Shown here: one piece after another, positions 1 through 12,797 of the stretch | How the letters are laid out: each line of letters begins with the position of its first letter | Numbering within the stretch: the first letter of the stretch is position 1 | Source: Octopus sinensis | Lineage: Eukaryota | DNA: 64,000 nucleotides | Reading direction: 5' to 3' | Assembly (NCBI RefSeq): GCF_006345805.1 | Contig: NC_043018.1 | Span: 13,888,001 to 13,952,000 of the forward strand | Position numbers and translations under genes: made by a program | Notes under the pieces: model-generated | What the model was told of the DNA's origin: nothing | Database searches by the model: none | What the model saw: only the letters and a program-made list of their open reading frames with translations

Positions 1-13
1 TGTATATATATAT

Positions 14-170
14 ACGACGAACTTCGTTCAGTTTCCTTCTACGAAATCCGCTCCGAAGGATTTGGTGAGCCCAAGGCCATAGTAGAAGACATATGCCTAA
101 GGTATGACGCAGTGGAATTGAACCTGGGGCCATGTGGTTGGGAAGGAAGCTTAATACTTCACAGCCACAC
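14..170 (-). mobile_element. SINE family A, 5' tRNA-like head fragment
   Basis: Reverse complement matches the head of the fuller copy at 14197 (gtgtggctgtg...catgg...ccactgcgt...ttctactat...gaaactgaa). Confidence 0.7.
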
Positions 171-242
171 TCGAGCGTAATACTTGATGTTCACTTTTCA
201 AAGGGTGAAAAAAAGAATAACGCATGAACGGGTGGCATGAAC

Positions 243-1600
243 AAAGAACAACTCCCATTTTTAGACATCATGATAAAAAAAAGTTAACAATGAAATCACA
301 ACTGACATTTATTATAAACCAACTGATTCAAAACAATACCTTCTTTTTAACTCATGCCACCCGAAACACATCAAAATAAACATCCCTTTCAATTTAGCAA
401 AAAGGATTTGCACAATAGTGTCTGATAGAACAACTCGGGACCTTCGTCTTCAAGACCTCAAAACAAAGCTTATTGAAAGACAATATCCACCCCCACTTAT
501 CGACGAGGGAAATAAAAGTGCCAAACAATTAGACACAAAAACACTAAGAACAACAAAACATCACACCACACCTCATCTCAAAACATTACTATTTATATCA
601 ACACACAACCCCAGAAACAGTGAAGCATTCAACACTATTGTGCAAACTGTTCCTTTACTAACTAGAGAACGACATTCTGAAAACGCACAAACTCATCAAA
701 TGCAAAAAAGCAATACATATCGCTAAAGAGACTACAAACAAATGCGAAGCTTTACAAAACAACCACGAAACCAACGGTTAAAAAATATGGACGCCCAAAC
801 TGTGGAACCTGTCCCAACCTGCTTGAAGGCTCGGATTTTCTTTTCAAACAAGGACAGAGGTTCACAATTAAAACTAGTTTCACTTGTGTCTCTGAGAAAC
901 TAATTTATGTAATAACCTGCTCAGGTTGCGGACATAACTATATTGGACAAACGAGTGTGACCTACCTTGAGAAAGAGAACGACTCTACATAAAGAGCAAA
1001 TCCGTTTCCCGCAATACAGGCAAATTCCTCTCAGTGAACACATAGAAAAATGTGCAAATAAAATCAAACCAAATTTCACTGTCTTCCCCTTGTACCAGTG
1101 CAAAGACAAAATCCCCCCACTAGAATGTTTAAATAAAGAAACTTTTTTCATCGAAAAGTACAGAACACGTCTTAATATGCACGCATAACCAACTTTTATC
1201 TTTTTACATATTTCAATTCACGATTACACCACTGTACATAAATCCCCTCACTAAACAAGGTTTTTCGAAATTTGTCTTTGTCTATACACATATATATTCC
1301 CTCCCATTACCGAAAGCTGAACAGTTATCTCCCTTACCCACAACAATAACAATAATAACTAAAAAAACCAATTACCTCCCTTTATTTATCTACTTGTGAA
1401 GTCATTCACTCGTGAATTTCATCACACACAACATGGACAAAATTTCTTCTTAAGAAAAAATACATATTCAAATAAGCAAAGCATAATATCATGAATAGCG
1501 ACAGCGAAACCGGTCGATATATTAAAAATTATATTAAAACCATGTAAGTGTACGTATTTTCCTTTTACCACGTGGGGATAATCGAAATTTCTCTTTTCTG
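243..1600 (+). mobile_element. Penelope-like element (Neptune-like), 5'-truncated and frameshifted: RT C-terminus, Cys linker, GIY-YIG endonuclease, non-coding tail
   Basis: Manual translation across frameshifts: LPFLDIMI..TDIYYKPTDSKQYLLFNSCHPKHIKINIPFNLAKRICTIVSD (RT thumb), GRPNCGTC, LIYVITCSGCGHNYIGQT (GIY-YIG), LRKRTTLHKEQIR, ETFFIEKYRTRLN; coding ends at 1188, the tail runs into (TA)n. Confidence 0.92.
1486..1520 (+). ncRNA. Degenerate minimal type-I hammerhead ribozyme in the Penelope tail
   Basis: atatc-ATGAATA-gc gaca gc-GAAA-c cg g-TC-gatat. Stem I, short stem II, GAAA, palindromic stem III and GUC site are present; the core deviates from CUGANGA at 2 positions. Confidence 0.55.
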
Positions 1601-1623
1601 TTATATATATATATATGTATGTA

Positions 1624-1698
<75 letters not shown>

Positions 1699-2114
1699 AA
1701 TGTAAAATACATAGATTTAACTTATCCGGTGGTACTCACAAAAATCTCGTCTAGCAGACCAGTCTACAAAGCACATAGCAGACCAAATACAAAGGGTTGT
1801 AATTCAGAATCGGATTTAGTTGAAGTCCAGTAAATCCAATTACTAATGATTGTTTCATTAGAAGTGTTTCTAATACGAAGTTGCCTGCGAAAAGATCAGA
1901 ATCGAATGGATATCAACTGGTGAGGAGATAAGTATATTCATCTCACACCTCCTCACTTCGTATGTCTGCGCATGAGTTTGTGTGTGTGTATGTATGTATG
2001 TCTGGCACATGCACAAATTTGTATGTTTTGTTTTATGGATGTATTCTGATGCATATAATTGCATCTCAAGACATGTTAAGATATACTTAAATGATAAACT
2101 TACAGATTTTTTAA

Positions 2115-2355
2115 TACTGTCTACTTAATGTGACAGTCCCATGAAGAAAACCACACCAGCGCTATTTAGCCCTAGGAAGCATCAACGCTTCCTGTCGGCC
2201 TTCACACCGACAGGAAGCGTTGATGTTTCCTGGGGCTAAATAGCGGTGAGGTAGTTCCCTTCAAGGGACTCACACTAAGTTGACAGTATACAACTACTCT
2301 ATCGTACCACCACTGCTTATATCTCTCTGAGATATTTAGAAATGTAATATTTCTA
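2115..2355. repeat. Asymmetric fold-back element, copy 1
   Basis: 38-bp stem 2161-2198/2207-2244; shares sequence with 46021-46220 and 59401-59589. Confidence 0.75.
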
Positions 2356-2589
2356 TTTTTTTTTACAGATTTTTACTGTTCCGTTATGCATATATGTACG
2401 TGTGTGTGTATGTGAGAGAGAAATAAGGATAATCACAAGTTAATATTATTGTTCCTATTCGCGTTTCGTAATTATAGTGGCTTGGAGCCCAGCTACCATA
2501 GCGAAATTCGTGTAGGAACTAAAGCTTGTGTTTATTCTACGTTTGTTCTGTAGTTCATCACCAGCTATACTACTAGGTATAATAATAAA

Positions 2590-2815
2590 TAAATGCGCCC
2601 TTTTAAAGCCTAGCCAGCCTCATGGGCCCGGTTTCCCGGTTTCTATGGCCAGTCCATTGCAGCGTTACTCCTTTTTGCCAGCTGAGTGGACTGGAGCAAC
2701 GTGAAATGAAGTGTTTTGCTCAAGAACACAACGCGTCGCCCAGTCCAGGAATCAAAACCACAATCTTACGATCATGATGCTGACACCCTAACCACTAAGC
2801 CACGTGCTTCCACTT
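2590..2815 (-). mobile_element. SINE family D (tRNA-like head)
   Basis: Reverse complement of the head gtggcttagtggttaggg...ttcttgagcaaaacact...ctccagtccactcagctg; related copies at 2968, 26947 and 57190. Confidence 0.7.
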
Positions 2816-2967
2816 CTAATACTAGGTATAGCAGTTACTTAACAATTATGCAAGAAGCAGACTGGATTATGAAAATCTATATTGAGCTCTAAACGTAACA
2901 GTAGTTGCCGTACATCTACTGCTAAGCAGAATTTCTATGTGTATGTATGTGTGTGTGTGTGCGTGCG

Positions 2968-3100
2968 AGGTCGCGTGGCATAATGGTTAGGATGTGGTAT
3001 TCACATTCGCGAGATTCTGAGTTTGATTCCTAGACAAGGCGGTGCTTTGTGTTCTTGAGCCACAGGCTTCATTTCACGCTACTCTGCAATCACTTCATAC
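2968..3100 (+). mobile_element. SINE family D head, diverged
   Basis: gcgtggcataatggttagg...gtgttcttgagc...atttcacg. Confidence 0.5.
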
Positions 3101-4974
3101 CTGACCCCTAGTCTGCAGTGCATCTGTTCAGGCTGTTTCGATTTGATAGAGGGAGTGAGATAATGCATAACACATACATTCGATCCCTGTAAACAAATTT
3201 CTTTCGGCAATAAGAAACCGTCGGTCTTGGGCCCGAGAGACTTCCACACCACCAGGCACGTAGCCACGGGGAGGGGGGGCTATGGGGTGTTCAACCCCAG
3301 TGAGAATTTCAGCCAAGGTATGAGAATTTGTTTTATCCACTTTTGAAATAATACATTGTCGCTGCCTTTGTTTTTTTTTTCTCACAAGCAATATCTTAAG
3401 TCGTTAAAGATACAATAAATTGAATTTCTTTTGATTTAGTAGTTAGTGATATAAAAACGTGGGTAAATTAGAGCTGGTCAAAGACCCTTAGGTAAAAACG
3501 CACCCTAAGACAAGAGCCCCTCAAACAAACCCCACCCCATATTTAAAGTATGTAAATGTGTTTTTTTTTTACAACCGCGGTTTCCGTTTTTGTTCATTTG
3601 AAATTTATAAAAATTATGCTTAAAGATTTGGCTGTTGTCTCTAACATGTTGAAAGACTTTTTAGGCTTAATTATGTGCTTGTTGAAAAATCATAAAAAAA
3701 ATTATTGAAGTCGATACATTCGACTAAAAATTCTTCGAGGTGATGCCCCAGCATGGCCTCAGTTTAATGACTGCAACAAGTAAAATGAAAATAAAAACGA
3801 AATATATCAGAAATTTTGACCAGGCTAGGCGTCAAGAAATGTGGAAAAAAACACCCCAAAAAATAACCGAAAAATATAAGCACGGGACTTTTGTCCACTT
3901 TCACACTTTAAGTAGGGGCTTTTGTCCGTACCTCTGTTCAGCAACCCCGGCTATCGGAGATAGTACCCCCTGTTGCAATCGGCTGACTACGTGGCTGCAT
4001 ACCACCCATCAAAAAGACATCGAAATGATAAGGTCAGACTAAACTTCTCTAGAACATTTGCCCTTGATAACTGATTAAACTTGAATGCCAACGTTTTTCG
4101 AGAAGCAGGTCGTATGTGTCACGGACCATAATCAGGAGGTCTACTAAATCAAGGTGTTTGTTATCGTTGGCTTGCCATTCAGAAAGTTTTGTCAGTAGTT
4201 TACTCATGAGAGACCCAAGGCTTTGGTAGTGTCTTATCAATATCTGGCCCATACGATTTGCACTAATTTGGTTCAAGGGAACCAGCTGGTAGAATCCTTA
4301 GTACTACGGTTTTAGCAAGGTTTCAGCACCATTTTACGCACCTCTACGTTCTGAGTACCAATCCCGCTGAAGTCGTTTTGTCTTTCATCCAATCGGAAAG
4401 TATCAAATAAGTAGCAGTTGAACACTGGAACCGACATAATCGACTTGCACCTTCCGCAAAACTTCAGGCCTTGTTCCCATAGTAGAAACAAAAATAAGGT
4501 TCTAACTTGGTCCTATGCCTTAAATCTTTCTCTTTTTGTTGTTGTTTTCTTTTTCTCTTGTCGTACTTCTTATCTGGCGCAGGGAGCAGATAATTTGTCA
4601 TCTGGCGGCTACAAAATTTAATAGGGAAGTCAACGCTATGTCGTCCCTGCCTTGTAAGTTCTCTTCACATGATAAAAATAGGAACCACATTTCCCTCAAT
4701 TCTAACATTCCAATATTAGTGGCATATACGTATATATGTATATATGCACACGATGGGATGCTGAAAAAGCTCTGGTTTTGGGTAAAATAAACTACAAGAG
4801 GATCAGTTAATTATGATGTTATTCAAAATATTCTCCTCTCAAATTCACACACTTATTGCAGGGGTCCTTCAGTTTTTCTAAGACCTGTAAAAGAACTCAA
4901 AAGGTTGGGTTTCTAACCAGGCTTTTCACGATATCCTTAAAACCAGGAATTTTTCAGCACCCGTTGGTATGTGT

Positions 4975-5216
4975 GTATATGTATATGTTTATGTGTATAT
5001 GAGTGTGTTGTGTGTATATGTGTATATGTGTGTATGTACGTATGTATATATGTATGTATGTATGTATGTATGCACGTATGTATTTACTATGTACGAATGT
5101 ATGTATGCATGCATGCTTGTATGTATATATGTATATATGTATGTACAATGTACGAATGTATGTATGTATGTATGTATGTATGTATGTATGTATGTATGTA
5201 TGTATGTATGTATGTA

Positions 5217-5251
<35 letters not shown>

Positions 5252-5274
5252 ATGTATGTATGTACAATGTACGA

Positions 5275-5350
<76 letters not shown>

Positions 5351-5420
5351 ATGCATGTATGTGTGTATGTATGTACCATGTACGAATGTATGTATTACGT
5401 ATGTACCCATGTATGTATAA
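4975..5420. repeat. (TATG)n/(TG)n compound microsatellite with a recurring tgtacgaat motif
   Basis: Direct reading; explains the overlapping MYVC/YIHT ORFs. Confidence 0.95.
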
Positions 5421-5736
5421 ACGACATGATGATCACGGCTGCAACGTCTGTGATCCTATCTTTGTCTCCGGAGCCAAGACTGACTTGAGACTAACCAACA
5501 ATGAAAAGCAGTACTCAGTACACAGCTACAGCCATGTTGTCCGCATATTGTATGAGAAAACTGTTGAATTTCTGTAGCTGCTATCCTCCTCTCTGGTCGC
5601 TGATAGGTCAGAATTGTTGGTTAGCTACGGGTGGGAATTTCTATATTAGTAAAGAATATATTAAATAGTGCATACGTACTTATATATACTGAGACACAAC
5701 CACGTTTACGTGTATGTGTGAGTGTGTCGTATATAA

Positions 5737-5895
<159 letters not shown>

Positions 5896-6099
5896 AAATA
5901 TTTATAGAGAAGGAGAGAGGGAGAGAGTGCGTGAGAGAGAGAGGGGGCGGAAGATAATGATGCAAATAAACAAATAAAACCGCTTGGGTTATACATGCAA
6001 AATATACATACATGTATACCTGTAAACAAAGAGACAGTAGACTGGAAATGTTCAGACGATGAATATTCATGTATATAGATGTGCATAGATTCGTTTCTT

Positions 6100-6365
6100 T
6101 ATTGCCCACAGGATATGGGGGGCGGGGGTCTGAACATAGAGGGGACAGACAAGGACAGACAAACGGATTAAGCTGATGACATTGACCTCGGTGCGTAACT
6201 GGTGCATATTTAATCGACTCAGAAATGATCTCGGCGGAGTTTGTACTCAGAACGTAACGTCAGACGAAATACCTATTTCTTTACTACCCAAAAGTCCCTT
6301 TTGGGTAGTAAAGAAATACCGCTAAGCATTTCGCCTGGCGTGCTAACGATTCTGCCAGCTCACCG
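6100..6365 (-). mobile_element. SINE family B, dimer-type with an internal snap-back
   Basis: Reverse complement of ggtgagctggcagaatcgttagcacgcc...; junction gaaatacctatttcttt at 6266-6282. Confidence 0.8.
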
Positions 6366-6659
6366 CATTATACTCATTTGTATGTTATCAAAACAAACTA
6401 ACACAAAGTGCAAAGTCACGGAGAATTAAAGCGGAGATGGTCTGATGTTACAGGACCGACAACTGTTTCCGGGGCCTTATGCAAAAATTAGTGAATGCAT
6501 ATAAGCATTGCGCAGATCCGGCAGCGAAATAGGTCTGTTTTATATGCTGACCACTGGTAAAATTTTTAATGATTTTATCCTTTTAATTATTTTCGAGTGA
6601 ATTTGGCTGATGGAAACTGAAAGAAGCCCGTCGTGTGTATATATATATATATATAGTTC

Positions 6660-6789
6660 TTTGTATCTCTAGTACTTATTCTATCGGTCGCCTTTGCCGA
6701 ACCACCAACTTAAGGGGATGTAAACACACCAACATTGGTTGTCAAGCGATGGTGGGGGGACAAACGCAATCATAAAGACACCTACACAA

Positions 6790-6822
<33 letters not shown>

Positions 6823-7000
6823 CGCGTGTGTGTGTGTGTGTGTATACGACGGGCTTATTTCAGTTTTCGCCTACCAAATCCACTAACAGGTTTTGGTCGG
6901 TCCGACGCTATACTGGAAAACACTCGCCTAAGGTGCAACGCAGTAGGACCGAACTCGGAACCATGTGGTTGGAAAGGAAACTTCTTACCATACAGCCACG
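6660..7000 (-). mobile_element. SINE family A with central (TA)/(TG) tract
   Basis: Head and tail match the 14197 copy in reverse complement. Confidence 0.8.
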
Positions 7001-7523
7001 TCTATGCAAATATACATATATTCACGTGTGTATATGTGGTCTGAACTTCGATGCGTATATGTAAATTGTATTCGGGAAGGTTCGATGGGCCACGCTTTCG
7101 CGGTCCGTATTCGTACTGAAAATCGAGATCGAGCGAGCTTTTGCCTATAATTTATTTGTAGAATAATATGATTTATCTCTAAGTGTTGAAACATAACCAT
7201 TACAAAATAAATTTAAGAAAAAAGAAACAAAAAAAAAAAAACAGGCTGAACTCAGTAATGAGTTCAATATTGTTGGTGGAAAGTCATGGACTGTAAAGCT
7301 CAGCAAGGTAACAGTTTAACGACAGGAAAATATAAAAAGGCCGAAAGAATAACTGAATAATTATTGGGTTCCTGTTTCCCTTTTAGTTCCTGTTGGAGTT
7401 GTACAAAGTTCAACAAAGTAACCAGCATCTTCTGTAATTGACAAGTGTTGTCATAGTTGCTGTTGCTGTGGTCTTCTTCTTCTTCTTCTTCTTCTTCTTC
7501 TCTTCTTCTTCTTCTTCTTCTTC

Positions 7524-8001
7524 CCAATCAGGACTCACGCCATTAGCCACAAAGAACAATCTCTATTCCGAGCCTACTCTAAACCACTAAGAATGCGTGT
7601 GGCAATATGAAGATCCACCCACCACACGCGATAAACTGGCGGTTGCACGGGCGCGAAAGCTACGTTGTTATCCTCATTCCGTAAACGGTGGCATTTTAAC
7701 GGATAGAAAGCTGAACCATCCTGGGGTACAGAGGATTCGCAATCTAGACTAGGATCTGAAAGTTTACCACAGCATAGTGGGTTACACCATGGTTCCTCTG
7801 CTTTGTGGCAGAAGTAGGAAGAAAGAGTGAGAGAAAGTTGTGGTGAAAATGTACAGCGGGGTTCACCACTACCCCCACCAGAGCCTCATGGAGCTTAGGT
7901 ATTTTTGCTCAATAAACACTCACAATGCCCGATCTGGGAATCGAAACCGCTTTCTTACGACCGCGAGTCCGCTGCCCTAACCACTGGGCCATTGCGCCTC
8001 C
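7524..8001 (-). mobile_element. SINE family C (tRNA-Arg-like head), tail type 1 ending in (GAA)n
   Basis: Head ggaggcgcaatggcccagtggttagggcagcggactcgcggtc...ggtttcgattccc with A/B-box-like motifs; (ctt)n at 7473-7523. Confidence 0.85.
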
Positions 8002-8860
8002 ACTGTTGCTGTGGTTGTTATTGCTTCCGTGAAACCAAGTCTTCAGGTTTTAAACATGTTCAAACTGGTAGACAGCAAATGTGTATACAGATTATATATT
8101 TAGGCGCAGATTTGTCTGTTCGTAGAATCATGGAGCTATCACAGAGAGCGGAGCGACTCGCAGTCCACACAGCACTCCAATACGTAGGAATACAATCCAG
8201 AATTCTATCCAGCTGAAATCTTCCAGGTCCAATCGACGAGACTATTTCATGACAAGTATATAAACCGTAAAGAATCAGGTGGTCTCAGAGGTGATTATAT
8301 TTAATTAAACCACCGTAGTCCTAAGGATCTTAGGATTACGAATGTTTCGCAGCCTTCGTCAGGCATTAATAATCTCGGTGTATAATAAATTGTTTTACAT
8401 GCCTGCACTAACAAGCATTCTATGCATTATGAAATGCATTATAGGCATTATGAGATACACTTTTATGTTTAAAAATCAGTGCAGATAGAGAAAGCTAGCT
8501 CATCAGATCATTAGAACACCATAGTTACCCCAATCTCGAGATTTACAAATATACAAATGTATTGCATATTGGATAATGCACAGCTTAGATATTAGTGCAT
8601 ACATGTAAAATAATACATTATACACTAAAATTATTACTTGAACAAGGCTGGGAAACGGCCTTAACCCTAAAGATGACAAGCGATTAAATAAATATATTCA
8701 CCTCTGACATCTCTCATCTTAGGGTTAACACCCAAACAAACGCGCACGCACATACACACACACACATACATCTATCTAATTAATGTTTTTCAGTAACAGC
8801 TGTGTAGATGCTTCCTGAAGTGGAATGCGATCAAGTATATATATATATATATATATATAG

Positions 8861-8934
<74 letters not shown>

Positions 8935-8962
8935 ACTTCAAATTGAATAGAAGATTTGAAAA

Positions 8963-9008
8963 CCACCTGATGAATGTCCTTAGAAGAGACACGAAACAAT
9001 TGTAGTGG
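8963..9008 (+). ncRNA. Minimal type-I hammerhead ribozyme, intact core
   Basis: ccac-CTGATGA-a-tgtc(cttagaaga)gaca-c-GAAA-caattg-TA-gtgg: stem I ccac/gtgg, stem II tgtc/gaca, palindromic stem III, GUA cleavage triplet. Confidence 0.8.
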
Positions 9009-9267
9009 CGAATTTAATTTTATTTAATTTATATAAAATTTTTTATGTATTGGATTAAGTCTTTCTTTGTTTGATTTGCATAATAGTGGTTTTGTCTCTA
9101 ATTAATATTATATAATATTTTACTATAAGATTGGATTCAATCCTAAATCTGATTTTTCCCTGTAAATTTGGATTTATTCCCTAATATTTATTATTATATG
9201 TATATATATATATTATATATATATATATGCTATACATCATATATATATATATATGTATGTATATATA

Positions 9268-9355
<88 letters not shown>

Positions 9356-9369
9356 TTATATATTTATAC

Positions 9370-10900
9370 ACGTGTGTGTGAACTTGATAGGTTTGAAAAA
9401 AACATTGCAAGGGTCATCATATTTGAAGAAAGTTTCCATATGTTAACCACTTTTTGCTGTTTTTCAGCTTTTCAAACATATCTTGTCATAAGGGAATCAG
9501 TATAGCTGTAGTTATTTTAGTAGACGTTTTCACTATATCTGTTTTATTTTCGGATTTAGAGTTTTTTATAAAACTATTCTTTATTTGCATTTTGTAGTTG
9601 ATAGCTTTTTTTAATTATGAAAGAAATAAAATAGTTTGAACGTTTCATTTGCACAAATACCTGCATTTTCTCCACGGAACATTTCTAAGAGATGGATCAA
9701 CGATATTATTTCTTATCTATCTTAATCCTATCGAAGAATTTAGTCGATATAATTCTCTTGCATTGCAGACATGTGATGCAGTAAATGATCTTTCATTTAT
9801 TTATTTTTTTTGGGGCAATTCCTATTTCCATTAACTGTCAATTGCTCTTCAGTTTTTAATCTTTTAGTTTGACCCCTGTTCTGTTAATTCCCAAACACCA
9901 CAGCGAAGGTTACCACACTTTGTTACCCTCGTTATTTCTTCTGGTGTGAATTTTAACTATTTTGAGAATCTTTTTAACGATTTGGTGGTTGTCATCGACT
10001 CAAAATAATTTGAAAATCTATGACAGACATAGAATTGGCAGATATTGTGTAGGATAACATAAGATCGCATGATTTTTATGAATATATGTCACTATAAATA
10101 GAATATTTATATTTTCGTCTCATTGTGAAAAAAATTCAGTAGATTATTTATTCGATTTTCTGTTGACTCGGTTTTTTTTTTGAGGCCTATTTTTTGTCTT
10201 GGGAGGAATATTTCGCTTCGCCATTTACCCTTCTCCCTTACTCGATCCATAACTTTTGTACAGGTACGTTCTGCCATATGCTGAAAGGTAAGATTTAAAG
10301 CTTAATATCGGTGTTTATCCATGTCCTTGCAGTAGAGGCCAGTTGTAATATTACTGTTTTTCTTAATTACCACAATCTCCATAAACGGAAGCTTATTTTC
10401 ATTTATTTAATTGCAACATGAATTGAAAGGATTTATGAATGGTATTTATTAATTCCAGGAACATCGTAAGGTTTTCCTTGCTTCTGTTTCAAAATATGAA
10501 AAACTCATCCACGATTCTATTCCAGTATTATTTTAAAGAAATTTGGAAGCGATCACCAACAGATGCGGTATTCAGTTTTCTTCGAGGACGCCCATCATAA
10601 CAATTGCAAGCGTAGGTACAACTTTCGTAACCTTTGAGATTCCGTGGATCAGTTATTAAAGAACTTATTTTCTTAATACCAGTCGTGACCCTATACTTTT
10701 CCCAAATGGAAAACTAAAAAATCCCTATTTTTTCAAAATGCAGAAAGACAATAATCAACTACAAAAGCAAAAGAAAATCTAGTTTATAAGAATTCAAAAT
10801 CTGAAAATACTCTGGAAATGGTCAACATCACTTCTAAAAACAAATGCTTCTCTACACCTTAAGTTATAACGCATGTGTTTGACAATATTCAAGACTTATA
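9370..10900 (-). mobile_element. Heavily decayed Penelope-like element (RT motifs, Cys linker, GIY-YIG)
   Basis: Minus-strand translation across stops and frameshifts: GISKVTKVVPTLAIVMMGVLEE (motif B), WNRIVDEFFIF (decayed YxDD), KLPFMEIVVIKKNSNITTGLYCK, VTKCGNLRCGV, KIIYCITCLQCK..NYI; collinear with the element at 243. Confidence 0.85.
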
Positions 10901-10924
10901 ACTTAACAATTACTTTCTTCTTCT

Positions 10925-11004
<80 letters not shown>

Positions 11005-11071
11005 AATAAAATGTGTATATGTATATATAATATATATATGTATTGCATATATATAATATATATATATTTAC

Positions 11072-11116
<45 letters not shown>

Positions 11117-11281
11117 TATATGTAATATATATATATGTATATATTACACACATATATATATTAATATATGTATAAGTGTGTCTATTTGTGCACCCCACCA
11201 TCGCTTGACAATGCTGGTGTCTTTGTCGCCGTAACTTAGATAGATAGATAATATATACATACATATACATACGTACATACA

Positions 11282-11362
<81 letters not shown>

Positions 11363-11423
11363 TATATATATGTTTACATATATGTGTGGGTGTCTGTATG
11401 TGTCCACTATCTTCACATGCATA

Positions 11424-11467
<44 letters not shown>

Positions 11468-11963
11468 CCGCGCGCGTGAGCTGGTAGTACTGTTTGTGTA
11501 TATCATATTTTGTTATTCTACAAACTACAATACTGTTTGAGGAGACGCGGAAAGTAATCGAACACAAACACAAGATGATTACGGAGCGAGTTTATTCAAA
11601 CACAAGTAATGTTCCCGGTCTATTCTCCAGAATTAATGCTATCAACAACTCTGCAACATATTTCATCTTCCAGTGAACATTCTTACATGAAGTCTTCTCT
11701 AGTGTTTTTGTACAATTCAATACGAATATATATACTCCGTTGTTAGAGATGCGTGGTCTGCAGAGTCGAGAAAATGTGGTATTTATTTGGCCAGTGTAAT
11801 AACAAATGTCATGAAGCCACAGCATTGTTCTTCTCACCGGAATTCTTTCGGTATATGGAAAGCCTGGAATATATTCTTTCATCCAATATTATACTTATGA
11901 ATGTACAGGCACGCCTACGAACACACGTCGAAATAGAAGTTCTCTCTTCATTCTTTCCTCCGC

Positions 11964-12047
<84 letters not shown>

Positions 12048-12412
12048 TTCTTTATATATATATATACGTTCGTTGGTTTCTTCCAAGAAATCTAATGGTC
12101 TTAGCTTTGGTTTTCATTGACGCTGGCCAGATTGGAGCATTCTCATGTATGATCAGCCGAAATTGCGAAGATAATCTGGTACTTGAGTGAGGAATGACTC
12201 GTCCCTGTTTTCTTTGTATCTTCTATCTGGATGTTTTGTTGTCCCTTTTTTGTAGCACCTAACTCTCCGGATGTTTTGCGTTCTTGTCCCATTTTGTATT
12301 ATATATATATATATTTATTTATATTAATTATAATAAAGGGTATTCCATAGTAAAAATTGATGACTATCTACGCATACGCATAAGAGCAGCGACTTCGTAA
12401 AGCAATATATAT

Positions 12413-12797
12413 GGTGGAAGCACTCCGTCGGTAACGACGACGAGGGTTCCGGTTGATCCGATCAACGGAACAGCCTGCTCGTGAAATTAACGTGTAAGTG
12501 GCTGAGCACTCCACAGACACGTGTACCCTTAACGTAGTTCTCGGGGATATTCAGCGTGATACAGAGAGTGACAAGGTCGGCCCCTTGAAATACAGGTACA
12601 ACAGAAACAGGAAGTAAGAGTGAGAGAAAGTTGTGGTGAAAGAGTACAGCAGGGATCACCACCATCCCCTGCCGGAGCCTCGTGGAGCTTTTAGGTGTTT
12701 TCGCTCAATAAACACTCACAACGCCCGGTCTGGGAATCGAAACCGCGATCCTATGACCGCGAGTCCGCTGCCCTAACCACTGGGCCATTGCGTCTCA
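12413..12797 (-). mobile_element. SINE family C, full length, tail type 2, with 13-bp TSD
   Basis: Same head and body as 7815-8001; TSD aagcaatatatat at 12400-12412 and 12802-12814. Confidence 0.9.

Noticed and set aside
3253-3960. caggcacgtagcc start and repeated gacaaaag(c/t)ccc motifs suggesting DNA-transposon ends
   Set aside because: No matching opposite terminus or TSD found.
8344-8366. Minus-strand CTGACGA...GAAAC hammerhead-like remnant next to an 11-bp hairpin
   Set aside because: Stems I and II cannot be formed convincingly.
8490-8506. CTGATGA on the minus strand
   Set aside because: Followed by gctagc-TTTC rather than GAAA; not a hammerhead.
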